Positions 1 through 10,162 of a DNA stretch of 64,000 bases are shown here, piece after piece. Origin of the DNA: a virus; IMG/VR virus record IMGVR_UViG_3300028610_000244, positions 1-64,000 of that record; one strand, written 5' to 3'. Both the position numbers and the translations under genes were made by a program. Below the pieces are notes generated by a model that was given only the letters and a program-made list of their open reading frames with translations, was not told the DNA's origin and ran no database searches. The number at the start of each line of letters is the position of its first letter. The first letter of the stretch is position 1.

Positions 1-136
1 CCCATGAACTCTGCATCAGTGCAGCCCATCCACTTCCACGGGAAGATGTGCGGGATCACCTTTATCGTCGTGGCCCTGAAATGGGCCGCAATGAACTTCG
101 TGTCGATAAAATTGAATTTCTTCGACATGACTCTCA

Positions 137-1177
137 TTACTTCTCTCTCCGGCTCAAGGCGATCTTCAATAGCGAAGCCTCAAACACGGCTCCAGGGATG
201 TCACTCGCTCGGACAACACGGCTCAATGCTTCCAGCTCCAGGAGGATGTCCAGGAGGACTTCCAACTTCTCTGGCTCGTTCAGCCGATTCGGGATCATTT
301 CCTGGAGACTCTGAACTACGGTTGTCACAATGTAGTATTCGCTGAATCCTCGCCGCGTTAACTTACTCATCGCCGCTGAGGTCTTCGCTGCGTTACCACT
401 ACTCAGAGCAGTCAGCACCGCCGCGACGTGGCTGCGTTTGGGCTTGCCGTAGAAGTTCTGGACCGCAGACAGTGTCAGAGTGTCACTCGCTATGTTGATG
501 ACCTGATCCAGCAACGTGATCGCATCCCGTAACGATCCGCCGACCATCTTCGCCAGCTCTAGTGTCACGCCGTCCTCTGCTGCCACGCCCTCTGCTGCCA
601 GCACGCAATCCAGATGTGCAGCAATGGCCTTATCCTTTATGGGATAGAAACGATAGAGCTGGCACCTGGACTGCACCGTGGCCGGGATTGCTCCCAGATC
701 GGTTGTGCATAGGATGAACTTGACGTGGCTGGGCGGCTCCTCTATTGTCTTGAGCAGAGCATTGAACGCCGGCTTCGTCAGCATCTGGACTTCATCAATG
801 ATGTAGATTTTGAATCTGCCGTGCATTCCATAGAATCCAACTTCTTCAATCAGCTTCCTGGCGTTGTCAACTTTGTTATGAGTGGCTCCGTCAATCTCTA
901 TCACCGAAATGTCATCGCCGGTCTGCACAGCCTTGCAGCTTCTACACTTCATGCACGGCTCCACGGATGGTCCTTCGGTCTCCAGACAGTTTAGCGACTT
1001 CGCCAAGACGCGGGCAGTAGATGTTTTGCCGGAGCCTTTAATACCTGAAAAGATGTATCCCTGTCGGACACGATCTTTCAGAATGGCTTGTGTCAACGCG
1101 GTCACCGTCTGATCTTGACCCACGATGTCACTGAGTCGCTTCGGTCTGTATTTGAGTGGTAGGGCTAAGTGGTTCAT
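137..1177 (-). CDS. dnaX: DNA polymerase III gamma/tau-like clamp-loader ATPase
   Basis: LKYRP..DIVGQ, Walker A GIKGSGKT, Cys zinc module, IEIDGA, Walker B IIDEVQML, NALLKTIEEPP, SRC arginine finger, GSLRDA. Confidence 0.93.
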   Translation of the reverse strand: MNHLALPLKYRPKRLSDIVGQDQTVTALTQAILKDRVRQGYIFSGIKGSGKTSTARVLAKSLNCLETEGPSVEPCMKCRSCKAVQTGDDISVIEIDGATHNKVDNARKLIEEVGFYGMHGRFKIYIIDEVQMLTKPAFNALLKTIEEPPSHVKFILCTTDLGAIPATVQSRCQLYRFYPIKDKAIAAHLDCVLAAEGVAAEDGVTLELAKMVGGSLRDAITLLDQVINIASDTLTLSAVQNFYGKPKRSHVAAVLTALSSGNAAKTSAAMSKLTRRGFSEYYIVTTVVQSLQEMIPNRLNEPEKLEVLLDILLELEALSRVVRASDIPGAVFEASLLKIALSRREK

Positions 1178-1545
1178 GGTAGCTCCGGTTTACTGTCTCG
1201 TTTGTGCCTGTATTCCTTGACGATCTTCGCGTGACGCAGGAACATCAGTATCTGAAAGCCGACATGCTCTTCCGGCGTCTGAGCTATATCGGACATCGGA
1301 ATACTGAGCCGCTCAAATCGTCTGGCGATCTTGATCTGAACACAGAGAGCGTCGTCACCAGACATGAAGGTGCGGACTTCACAGTCGGGTATCTCTGTGA
1401 CCAGGGCTTGAGTCTCGTACCAGACCCTGTCCCTGGTCTCATCCCGTCTGGCCTGCTTCTCGGTGCTCAATCGCTCACGGAGCCGACCCAATCTTCTCCG
1501 CCGAAGCAAATCCCGTATCCTGTGTCTGAGACTTGTCCAGGTCAT
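1174..1545 (-). CDS. hypothetical protein
   Basis: ORF coupled by ATGA overlaps to both neighbours. Confidence 0.65.
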   Translation of the reverse strand: MTWTSLRHRIRDLLRRRRLGRLRERLSTEKQARRDETRDRVWYETQALVTEIPDCEVRTFMSGDDALCVQIKIARRFERLSIPMSDIAQTPEEHVGFQILMFLRHAKIVKEYRHKRDSKPELP

Positions 1546-1946
1546 TGAGTCGGCTCCTGCGGATCGAGGCGGGAGATCAGCTTCGAGTGATCCAGCTTGT
1601 CCATGATGAGGACTTCGATGTACTTGTCGGCTTGGCCCAACTCGTCAATCGTGATCTCATGGACCTCATGCTCACTCGCGTTGTTGGGATCGCCGGGAAT
1701 CTTGTGGTTGATGGCGATGATTAGCTTGTCACCCTCTCGGCTGTAGTTGACGCTGAGCCCAGGGATCATCATAATCTGCCACATAATCTTGTTCCAGGTT
1801 TGGTTCACGGCCTGGACTCGCTTGGTGAGCTGCAACACCACGTTCGGCCAATCACGGCAGTGACGTTTGCGGATCACATTCTGGAGAGCCAGCTCATCAA
1901 TTGCTTCGGCCGGACGTGTTGCTTCGATTTCATTCTTCTCGTTCAT
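1542..1946 (-). CDS. hypothetical protein
   Basis: ORF in the packed minus-strand operon; GGAG upstream. Confidence 0.65.
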   Translation of the reverse strand: MNEKNEIEATRPAEAIDELALQNVIRKRHCRDWPNVVLQLTKRVQAVNQTWNKIMWQIMMIPGLSVNYSREGDKLIIAINHKIPGDPNNASEHEVHEITIDELGQADKYIEVLIMDKLDHSKLISRLDPQEPTQ

Positions 1947-1948
1947 TG

Positions 1949-2428
1949 CTAATTCTCCACGTAAATTGCATCGCTAAAATATTCTTCTGTGGGCAGGAAC
2001 ATCTCATAGATTTCCTTCATCTCACAGAAGACACGTTTCCAATAGTTGACTGTCTTACCTCGCAACCCTTTCAATATCTTGTCATCAATGTGGTCCTTCA
2101 TCTCACGCTCTGGGAAGACAACCGCGATGAACTCAGTCATGCAGAGCATATTCGCCACGCGGGCTCGCATCTCGCGGTTCAGGCTGCAATAACACTCATC
2201 CAGGATGACATCGTAGCCGTTCAGCAACAATCTCTCTGCGGCATCGAGTAGTATCTTCTGGACTACATGTTCCGAGGCTTCATCGTGGACGTACTCACCG
2301 CCGTGCAGCATGAATCTGATCTCGTCGCCACCCACGATCATCGTGTTCGGGTGTTCCTTGATGTACTTCCTGGCCCAAGTGGATTTACCGGAACCGATCA
2401 TTCCTATTGGCAAAAGTAGCTTGCTCAT
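1949..2428 (-). CDS. P-loop kinase (AAA_33 / polynucleotide-kinase-like)
   Basis: GMIGSGKSTWA P-loop, DEIR, VILDE; start moved to MSKLL (ATGA overlap with upstream stop). Confidence 0.8.
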   Translation of the reverse strand: MSKLLLPIGMIGSGKSTWARKYIKEHPNTMIVGGDEIRFMLHGGEYVHDEASEHVVQKILLDAAERLLLNGYDVILDECYCSLNREMRARVANMLCMTEFIAVVFPEREMKDHIDDKILKGLRGKTVNYWKRVFCEMKEIYEMFLPTEEYFSDAIYVEN

Positions 2429-2660
2429 TCTCTTGGTCTCCAACCCTTCTTGTCTTGTTCAGTTTTTATACGCCAAGCCTGTTTAAGAACACCGATCCAA
2501 TCCACCAGCCCTTCTCCGGTACTGAAAATTAAATCGCAGTCGTCGGCTGTCACTCTGTCCTCGAAAATCTCTATACGTGTTTCGCAGCCATCGCCGGTGT
2601 CCACGTACAGGTAACGCTCGCTTGGGTTATCATCGTCGGGCCAACAATCTTCTCTTGTCT

Positions 2661-2987
2661 TTAGCATATTAGCATGTCCACCATTGCAGCCAGGATGTCA
2701 CCGTGACACTCTTTCGGGTGACACCAACACCCCAACCGTTTATCTTTCAATTCGTGAAGGCACACCAGCAGATCACGATTAGTGATGAGCCAATTCTCGT
2801 ACTTGGCGATGACTTCTTTGCGAGTTCCATCGCGGCCGATGTGGAATGGGTTAGCCCACTTGCTGCGGTCGAAATACGCACACTGTCGGCCAATGTAGAC
2901 ATCGAATTCCTCTCTGCAATGAACAACGGTTGTCACGGTGTCACTCCCACCAAATATATCAGTCGCGTGATCTTCTTTGGGGGCCAC
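2661..2987 (-). CDS. DUF4326-family protein
   Basis: VYIGR..SKWANPF, LKDKRLGCWCHPKECHGD signature; true start may be downstream. Confidence 0.85.
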   Translation of the reverse strand: MAPKEDHATDIFGGSDTVTTVVHCREEFDVYIGRQCAYFDRSKWANPFHIGRDGTRKEVIAKYENWLITNRDLLVCLHELKDKRLGCWCHPKECHGDILAAMVDMLIC

Positions 2988-3430
2988 TCAAGCTCGACAC
3001 CGATGTTCGCCATTGTCTCGGTAACATTGACACCCATCGCTTCCGGGCATGAGATGAGGGCCAACTTGTTCGCGTGTTCCGGGACGGCCGTCTTCGCTCT
3101 CTGCATCCATCCCGCAGCATTAGTGCGAAGAGCCTTTCGCACGGTGCCCTGCCAGTAACGACAGTTCACGAGTTGACGCCAGTTCCAATCTGGATGCCGC
3201 TTCATCATCCTCTGAGCCTGGGCAGCGATGTCGAACTCCATCCATAAAGCCCAGACCGGCTTGGCGAGATCGAAGTAGTCGTACAGCGTCTCTGACTCCG
3301 GGGGACATATCCGCCGCTGACCGTAGTTCGGGCAACCCTTCGGATGTCCGTGGTAGGGACGCTTGCATAGGTCACGCATTTCTACGTCGATGACCGGATG
3401 CACTATTCTGGCGTGGAAGCTTGTTTTCAT
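2933..3430 (-). CDS. DUF2284-like predicted metal-binding protein
   Basis: LC...GCPNYG...CPP and PEAMGVNV motifs. Confidence 0.7.
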   Translation of the reverse strand: MKTSFHARIVHPVIDVEMRDLCKRPYHGHPKGCPNYGQRRICPPESETLYDYFDLAKPVWALWMEFDIAAQAQRMMKRHPDWNWRQLVNCRYWQGTVRKALRTNAAGWMQRAKTAVPEHANKLALISCPEAMGVNVTETMANIGVELEWPPKKITRLIYLVGVTP

Positions 3431-3797
3431 TCCGGGACTCCGTTGTTGATGGTGATGTGAGCAGCGTTAACCTTGGCTGCTACGATGTGGGACGCCGCCT
3501 CAGTCGCCGCACGTCTGCCGTTCTCCGGGCCAAGGTCGGCCTGGAGGTGCGGCAGCACGGCGTCGTAGATTGCCTTATGTGCTGCTGCGGCTGCGGTTAC
3601 TTCTTCTTTCGTAAACATGTCACTTTCTCCAGTTAGATTGAATAAATGTTTCGCCGGCCTCCAGCTCGCCGACCCACGTCACTCCCACCTCGTCCACAAC
3701 ACCTTCGAGCAAGAGTATTCTGCGGCCCTCACTCAGCGGCGTCACCTTCACAGTTTCGCAGACGTATTTGTTTCCTTTAACTTCGACCACAAACATG

Positions 3798-4490
3798 TCA
3801 CCTTGCTCCTATGAATGTCACCTTGTCTCTGTACTTCTCTTGCATCTGCGTTATGAGTTTGGAGCTGCATCGCTTGGCGATACGTTGCTGCTGCTTCGCG
3901 GGATAGCCTTTGTGCAGCTTCTTTGGCCGTCTGGTACAGCTCAGATAGTCGGATAGTCTGTCGGCACGGTAGCCTTGGCCGAGATCACGCAGGAGCCGCT
4001 GGTCATAGAAGACGAATAGCCCGTACTTCGGATTCAGCTCCTCAATAACCATGTTGGCGTCGTGCATGAGACTGAACGGCACGCAGAAGAGATACTCGTT
4101 GGGGTGGCATTGCCTGTGCTGCTTACCCTGGGCGTAGTTGATGTGCTTGAGCTTCTTCTGTCGCTCACCGTTAACGAGATCGTTCTTGGCTGTCTTGACC
4201 TCGACTTCGATGATCTTCTTGCCGGTGTCCGCAATGACATCGGCTCCCTTGAATTCATCGACGGCGATCCACTGTCGCTCGAATCGGAAGTATTCTAGCA
4301 ACGCAAGTTTTAGCTCGAATGATGTCACCGTCAAGGGATGCGTTTTGCGTTCTACCTGTCCATCACAGGTATGTCCCATGAACCCACCGCCGCCCTTGGA
4401 GTCACACCACTGGTCTTTCGGTAATTTATGGCATGGGTATTCAATCATTCTTTTCCTCGGTAGTTTGGGCAGCTCTTGTTCCCGCCGCAT
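3798..4490 (-). CDS. PD-(D/E)XK nuclease-like protein (MmcB-like)
   Basis: ADVIA...IEVEVKTAKNDL and YLFCVP pattern. Confidence 0.55.
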   Translation of the reverse strand: MRREQELPKLPRKRMIEYPCHKLPKDQWCDSKGGGGFMGHTCDGQVERKTHPLTVTSFELKLALLEYFRFERQWIAVDEFKGADVIADTGKKIIEVEVKTAKNDLVNGERQKKLKHINYAQGKQHRQCHPNEYLFCVPFSLMHDANMVIEELNPKYGLFVFYDQRLLRDLGQGYRADRLSDYLSCTRRPKKLHKGYPAKQQQRIAKRCSSKLITQMQEKYRDKVTFIGAR

Positions 4491-4530
4491 GGGTTATTGC
4501 AGTTACTGTTTTCGCACACGACTCTCTCAC

Positions 4531-4749
4531 TCATTTCTTTCTCCCGGTGCCGCCGCACATCTTGCACTTTTTCAGCTTGCCCTTTAGTACGACACTACCA
4601 TGACCCTCGCACTCTTCGCACAGCCGAGCTATATGGGCTTTGACCACGGCTTCGAGTTCGGCCAGTGACTGATTGTCTTCCGGGAAGCCTGTCTTCTCTA
4701 AGGCACGCTTCAACATTCGTACTTTTCTAGTGATTGCTTCTCCTGCCAT
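4531..4749 (-). CDS. small protein with a DnaJ-type CxxCxGxG zinc finger
   Basis: CEECEGHG...CKMCGGTG. Confidence 0.65.
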   Translation of the reverse strand: MAGEAITRKVRMLKRALEKTGFPEDNQSLAELEAVVKAHIARLCEECEGHGSVVLKGKLKKCKMCGGTGRKK

Positions 4750-4750
4750 G

Positions 4751-5032
4751 TCACTTGCCTTTCAGGTATCTGAGTTTTGTCTCAAGGCTTCTGATCCGGT
4801 GCTTTACTTCCTGAACCATTATTTCCTTGATCGTAGCCCTGGCTTCTGGGTCAGTGATCTTCACCTTGAAGTCACTCAGGTATGTCGGGTGATTCCCAAC
4901 GGCCACAGTGACCCACGGATTCAGGTCTTCGTCGTTCAGGTGTGGCTCTGAGTCATACCTCGCCAGCTCTTTTGTCCAGGAGAGCAACGCCTTCGAGACA
5001 TCCACCAGTTCTTCCAGGTCTTTGCTAGTCAT
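4751..5032 (-). CDS. hypothetical protein
   Basis: ORF coupled to neighbours. Confidence 0.6.
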   Translation of the reverse strand: MTSKDLEELVDVSKALLSWTKELARYDSEPHLNDEDLNPWVTVAVGNHPTYLSDFKVKITDPEARATIKEIMVQEVKHRIRSLETKLRYLKGK

Positions 5033-5741
5033 TGAGATACCTCATGGTTTCATCTGTATGGCGTTCGGCGAGGAGCTGGTGCAAGGCACGGCTCGCCATG
5101 TAGTCGGCGAGGTGTACTGTTCGGACGACAGCGTCCATTTCCAGTATCGCCAACTCCACCTGCGTGACGTCGTTCGTCCAGCGGCCCATGTGCAACCTGA
5201 CGGCTGCAATCACAGGCTCTAGTTCTGGCATGATAGTGTAGTGTCCGGTAAGGAAGTCCGCACAGAATCGGCCGTGGTTCTGGTTGGCCTGCCTGTGTTC
5301 GTCCCAGGTGTCCAGCTCGTCCTCGGTGTGCCCGCGTTTCATCATGTCGTGCAGCAGGACGCCGGCTATTGTCTGCGAGTATTGAGGACTGCTGTCGTCT
5401 ATGCCCAGGGAGTCCAGAAGCTGATCGGCGAATGCAACCGCAAGCTTGACGTGATGCACCAACCCACCACGAGTCCGGCAGATCGGCGGGTGATGTCCCT
5501 TAACGCTCGCCGGGATCGTCCAGAAGTAGTCCGGGCAGCAGTTCTGGAACACCGAGACCACGAAGTTATATATGGTCGATTCTGTGATTAGGCTCAGCTC
5601 TTTACCGAGCACGTTGTGTACTGTTGGTTTCGCTTTCATTTCTCCTCCATCGAACCGGGAACATGTTTCGGTGCGGCCCGCAGCTATCGTGCAGCCTTGC
5701 GATTGTCGGGCACATAGGTCACATAGGTCTTGCTTGCTCAT
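5025..5741 (-). CDS. HD-domain phosphohydrolase (YhaM-like HD subfamily)
   Basis: PAS..HH, GGLVHH, LLHDMMK, HMGRW, VHLADY. Confidence 0.85.
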   Translation of the reverse strand: MSKQDLCDLCARQSQGCTIAAGRTETCSRFDGGEMKAKPTVHNVLGKELSLITESTIYNFVVSVFQNCCPDYFWTIPASVKGHHPPICRTRGGLVHHVKLAVAFADQLLDSLGIDDSSPQYSQTIAGVLLHDMMKRGHTEDELDTWDEHRQANQNHGRFCADFLTGHYTIMPELEPVIAAVRLHMGRWTNDVTQVELAILEMDAVVRTVHLADYMASRALHQLLAERHTDETMRYLND

Positions 5742-5913
5742 TGTATCAGCTCCAAGAACCCCAGGTAGGCGTTTTTCGCCATCGCTACCGCGAGTATGGC
5801 GAAGATGATTGAGAAGACCTTATGCACGCCTTCTCCCTGCCAAGTCTGGGCCGACCTAACCATCGAGTAGATAGTGACAGCGACTGCGATTATGAGGCAC
5901 ATGATTGATTCGG

Positions 5914-6396
5914 TCATGCTAAGTTCTCCGGTCCGAAACTCTTGGGCAGAAGGTCTTTGACGTTCATGCCAGTGGGAGGCAGTGTTGGGTCTTGGCAGAA
6001 AGCCCAGACGATCACTTCCTCGCTGGCTGCGTGTTCGCGGATCAGTTGGCGACAGGCACCGCAGCATGGACACGGCTCGTCGGTGGGTGTCCATACAGTC
6101 ATCTCCATGATGCGTATGTCTGGACCCTCGTGAACGATTGCGTTCGAGATCGCTGTTAGTTCTGCGTGACTCATGCCGTTGTACATCACGTTCTCGACAT
6201 TGCAGCCGCCGTAGATGTTCGCGGTCACTGTGAGCAACGCGGCACCGACATGGAACTTGCTGTAGGGTGCGTAGGCGTTCTTCGCTGCTCGGATCGCTGT
6301 TTCGAGTTGTCGGGCTCGCAGATCGTTGACGTCTTGACCGAAACTACCAGCTCGTCGTGCTTCCCTCACGAAATCTTGTACGTTGATGTCTTTCAT
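5914..6396 (-). CDS. cdd: cytidine deaminase
   Basis: AYAPYSKFHVGAAL, GCNVEN, HAE, PCPCCGACRQ. Confidence 0.93.
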   Translation of the reverse strand: MKDINVQDFVREARRAGSFGQDVNDLRARQLETAIRAAKNAYAPYSKFHVGAALLTVTANIYGGCNVENVMYNGMSHAELTAISNAIVHEGPDIRIMEMTVWTPTDEPCPCCGACRQLIREHAASEEVIVWAFCQDPTLPPTGMNVKDLLPKSFGPENLA

Positions 6397-6415
6397 GTCA
6401 CTATCTCCAGTTCGA

Positions 6416-6748
6416 TTATTGATGGTCCGGGTTATGCTCGGTCTCGTACTCTCTCATCTTCAACGCCTCATCCTCGGTCTTCGCTTCGATGACGATGTGC
6501 TTCTTGTCCACGGTCTTGCCGGCGTCGTTCATAACGTAAACGGTGTAGCCGTGATTGACGTGGATGTATATGCTCGGCGTGCAGGAGACTTCGGTTTCTG
6601 ATTTCCTCAGTTGGTTGACGCTGTTGGTCTTAGTGATTATGGGAAAGACTGCGATGCAGTAGCTGGCTTCGTTCTTCGACCACTTGATATATGAGGCTTC
6701 TACGAGGTACTTGTCTTCGCCGGTTTCATCCACTACTTTGATAATCAT
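6416..6748 (-). CDS. hypothetical protein
   Basis: ORF with GGAG RBS, downstream of the promoter at 6815-6843. Confidence 0.6.
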   Translation of the reverse strand: MIIKVVDETGEDKYLVEASYIKWSKNEASYCIAVFPIITKTNSVNQLRKSETEVSCTPSIYIHVNHGYTVYVMNDAGKTVDKKHIVIEAKTEDEALKMREYETEHNPDHQ

Positions 6749-6802
6749 GCTCTCGGCTCCAGTGTCTGTCTTTCTATTGTGTCGTATCGCACACAGTTCT
6801 AA

Positions 6803-7996
6803 CTATCTGTGTACAGTATAGCACATGGAAAGAATCGTGTCAAGTGATTTTTCCTGCATCACCATATTTTGTAACTCGGCAACGCTTACGTCTTTGGTCA
6901 TTTGTCCTGGCGGCAGCTCGGTGTCGAAGAACGTCTGGGTGAATTGGTTCAGCGTTTCCGGTGTCACGTAGCCCAGGAATAGCTTTAGATCGACGCGGCC
7001 CGGACGCACCAGTGCCGGATCAAGTTTCTCGATGTGGTTCGTCGTCATAATGATGACGCGACCGTGACTCACCGCGATTCCGTCCAGAGTGTTTAGTATT
7101 TCACTGATCCCACCTTTAAGCATCAAGAAATCGCCCTTACTACTCTTATCTTTTTCTGCGTCTCTGTCGCCGGTGGCCTCGTTTGAGTCTACGTCCTCGA
7201 TAACAATGAGTTCCTTGTCTGTACCCAGCTCTGTTATCGTGCTGAGGTTGCTTGCCGGGACTACCGCTACGTCTTGATTCAGGTGTGCCGCTATTGCCCG
7301 GATCAATGATGTCTTGCCGGTTCCGGGAGGGCCATGCAGTAGTATGCCGAGCTGGTACGGGATTCCGTGCAGGATGTACCACTGCTCTTTCTCGCGGAAA
7401 TCCTTGAGCGTCTTTATCAGCTCGTCTTTATCTGCTGCCGGCATCAGGATCGAGTCCAGGTTCCGCTTCGGTTGCTTGATTAGGTTCCAATCTCCGTCGC
7501 CGGAGTGCATCTTTAGCTTCGTCATCTCACAGTTCTCGTCCGGGCACCGCAGATTGTGGAGGATAGCATCAAACAGCTTGTGAGACCGGCCGAGCTTAGA
7601 GAGTGTGATCTCCTCTTTGTCCCGATCCGCGACAGTGTCGATTCTGTCGAGGTCCACCAATATAGGGACATGTCCGTACCACATCAAGTGCTGGCCGTAA
7701 CCCACCGCCTTCGTAGAGAAGTCACCACCCCACCTTCCGTTAACGATCTTGATCCTGCGGAACTTCTTGCTGTATCCTTTACTCTCGAACCAATTCATCA
7801 GGACGTAATAGCTCTCGTTGTTGGACGTCATCGTCATGGATGTGGTCAAGTGCTTCTTCACAAGGGCGGCGACGTTGTATGGCACTTTCCTGAGCAGGTA
7901 CGTGACTATGCCTATCAACCAAGCAGATATGGCTGCGGCCATGAATTCATTTCCGCCCGTGATGTCGTTAATCTTCTGTAGCAGTTGTTCGATCAT
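6803..7996 (-). CDS. BCS1-like membrane-anchored AAA+ ATPase
   Basis: N-terminal TM helix, BCS1_N-like region, GIPYQLGILLHGPPGTGKTS, IEDVD, LNTLDG, MTTNH..LDPALVRPGRVD. Confidence 0.88.
   Translation of the reverse strand: MIEQLLQKINDITGGNEFMAAAISAWLIGIVTYLLRKVPYNVAALVKKHLTTSMTMTSNNESYYVLMNWFESKGYSKKFRRIKIVNGRWGGDFSTKAVGYGQHLMWYGHVPILVDLDRIDTVADRDKEEITLSKLGRSHKLFDAILHNLRCPDENCEMTKLKMHSGDGDWNLIKQPKRNLDSILMPAADKDELIKTLKDFREKEQWYILHGIPYQLGILLHGPPGTGKTSLIRAIAAHLNQDVAVVPASNLSTITELGTDKELIVIEDVDSNEATGDRDAEKDKSSKGDFLMLKGGISEILNTLDGIAVSHGRVIIMTTNHIEKLDPALVRPGRVDLKLFLGYVTPETLNQFTQTFFDTELPPGQMTKDVSVAELQNMVMQEKSLDTILSMCYTVHR
6815..6843 (-). promoter_or_regulatory. sigma70-type promoter
   Basis: TTGACA-17nt-TATACT on the minus strand. 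Confidence 0.75.
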
Positions 7997-8114
7997 TCTT
8001 ACCCTTCCTGCACATCATCTCTATCTGAGTTAGCAACCCATCCTAGTACGTATCCGAAGTATGCAAATCCAAGGCAAAGTAACAGACACCAATTTATACT
8101 AATCATTTGCTCTC

Positions 8115-8411
8115 CTAATAGATTGCGTAGACGATTCTGAATGCGATGTGAAGCAGTTGATCTGTACGGAAGCCGATTCTTTTGTTGGCCTTCCATGTGT
8201 CGATTGTGAAGTGAGCGACGGTTTCGGTTATGCCCAGGAAGAGCGAACCCGTGACGAGATAGACGGCACCGCCGCAGATCAGGGCGTGAGCGGCCATCCA
8301 GATGTACCAATCGCGGTGGTGGCCGGGACACTTTAGGGCGTGCATGGCACCGTTCTGTAGCTGAAAGTCGCAGAGTGCGTGAGCACACATTAGCAGGAAG
8401 AATGTTTTCAT
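8115..8411 (-). CDS. DUF3307-like membrane protein
   Basis: HALCDFQLQ, HFTID, DQLLH. Confidence 0.75.
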   Translation of the reverse strand: MKTFFLLMCAHALCDFQLQNGAMHALKCPGHHRDWYIWMAAHALICGGAVYLVTGSLFLGITETVAHFTIDTWKANKRIGFRTDQLLHIAFRIVYAIY

Positions 8412-8725
8412 TTTCTCGCGTCCATCAATTGTTTAATGAAGTGACTAATATCGTCCAGGCAACCCGCATCGAATACAAGCTTTTCTGCTCGACGCGGCTC
8501 GAATATGTATCGACGCCAGCCTGATTTCCACTCGACGCAACCCAGTAGGATGTGAGAATGGTTCCAGCAGTTGTACACGGATGTCTTCCGCCTGGGGTAT
8601 TGGGCTGTAAGGTCTTGGAACCAAATGTGCTCGTACTTTGTCTTCACGGCTTGATCCCTGCCTTCTTGCAGATGGATCGGTACTTCTTTCGGAGCACTCG
8701 GTCTTTCTTCCTTTGGGTACGCCAT
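8408..8725 (-). CDS. hypothetical protein
   Basis: ATGA-coupled ORF. Confidence 0.6.
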   Translation of the reverse strand: MAYPKEERPSAPKEVPIHLQEGRDQAVKTKYEHIWFQDLTAQYPRRKTSVYNCWNHSHILLGCVEWKSGWRRYIFEPRRAEKLVFDAGCLDDISHFIKQLMDARK

Positions 8726-8964
8726 TGGCGTATGTCACTCGGTGCGTAGCTTAGCTCCTGGATGATCCAATCTTTCATGTTCAGGATGTAATTGATTAGG
8801 GTTCTCATCTCTCCGGTACTCCGTGGTGCCAGGGATGTCCGGGTGCATCCTTCCAGGGGAAGTTACCTTGAGCCGCTGCCGTTTTGTCCGCTTGATACTG
8901 CCAACCGCAGCCGATGAAGCAACCCGCGATGAAGGCAACGAACATCCAACCTATTGTTGATAGT

Positions 8965-9246
8965 TTAACCATCTGTCGTCCTTTCCGGGGCTCCGTGATG
9001 CTCCATGCACCTGATCGCAAGTGCTGCGATCTTCCTGATGACGTGCATTGTTGGTTCTTCGTGTGGGTCGCCGAACGAGGTGGAGTATGTGGCCTGGGCT
9101 CTATTGAGGTACTCTCGCATCAGCACCAGCTCTTCACCCACGGTCATGGTGTCAGTGTTCAGTTTGTCTTGATAGGCACGCTCTTCGTCCATGCGGTCAA
9201 ACACGGTTTCTCTATATACACCTAAGCTACTTGTTTTCTCGCACAT
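8965..9246 (-). CDS. MazG-like all-alpha protein
   Basis: ERAYQDK...IRKIAALAIRCME pattern. Confidence 0.45.
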   Translation of the reverse strand: MCEKTSSLGVYRETVFDRMDEERAYQDKLNTDTMTVGEELVLMREYLNRAQATYSTSFGDPHEEPTMHVIRKIAALAIRCMEHHGAPERTTDG

Positions 9247-9407
9247 TTTCGTCTCCTGTGAATCGGGTCAGGGTAAAATGAAAACACAAAATATGAACTG
9301 ACGTCGTTCTCCTGTGTGTCGGCGTACCCCAGGTTTCATGCTGTATCGCTAATGGGATCGCCCACCAGCTCTTAGTCGTTTCCAAGATAAAAGTTATGTC
9401 CTTGCTC

Positions 9408-10052
9408 TCATAGTGGAACATGCTTGGCTCCTGATCTGGGCAGGTCTTCGTAGTGCCTGGGAGCACAATTACCGTAGCGGTCGATCATCAACACAGCAGC
9501 CTGGGCAATACCACAAGCCTTGACCATGTTGATGCAATAGTCCTGTGCGGACGACCGCATAGCCAGTGACATATAGTGACCGACATAAGCGTGCCAATCG
9601 TTCGCGGTGTTCTTCCGGTCGAACTCATCGCCCCAGAGGTTGTCCTGTCGGGTTCGCTCTTGGATTATGGTGTCTGTGTCTGCTCTTGCTGCAAGCTGGC
9701 ACCATGCCGCGACCATTACCATGTTCTCGCGGAACTTCTCAGTTGAGAATTCTTCATCGCGTCCAGAGTACGTCGCAAGTGAAAGGTGCTTGTGTGCTGC
9801 CGCGAAATAATCTGTGTCCGGTGGGAGCTTGCTGACCTCGTCGGCTACCGTGGTTGCGATTGCGGCAATTAGGTTTTCCGGCCATTCCCCCAATAGATCG
9901 GACAGATTCTTATGTAGGGCTTTTGCTTCTTCGTGGCTGAGATCATATTCTGTTTCCTCAACCTCGAACTCGATATGCAGATTACTCTCGCCCGGTGCGT
10001 CCTCGTCCGGTACTAAAGACCACTCCATATCCATAACTTTGAATCTACTCAT
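9408..10052 (-). CDS. protein with tandem MazG-like helical units
   Basis: ERTRQDNLWG; repeated NMVMVAAW / NMVKACGI; start at MSRFK with GGAGG RBS. Confidence 0.45.
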   Translation of the reverse strand: MSRFKVMDMEWSLVPDEDAPGESNLHIEFEVEETEYDLSHEEAKALHKNLSDLLGEWPENLIAAIATTVADEVSKLPPDTDYFAAAHKHLSLATYSGRDEEFSTEKFRENMVMVAAWCQLAARADTDTIIQERTRQDNLWGDEFDRKNTANDWHAYVGHYMSLAMRSSAQDYCINMVKACGIAQAAVLMIDRYGNCAPRHYEDLPRSGAKHVPL

Positions 10053-10101
10053 TATGAATCCTCCAGTGTATAAATGCACGCACTTCTGAACATCTGTGTA
10101 C

Positions 10102-10130
10102 AGTATAGCACAACTGGGATCAGGTGTCAA
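10102..10130 (-). promoter_or_regulatory. sigma70-type promoter
   Basis: TTGACA-17nt-TATACT; flanks (GTGCTATACTGTACA) identical to the promoter at 6815. Confidence 0.8.
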
Positions 10131-10162
10131 GTGAAAACTGTGTGGTAAATATCTACGCAACA

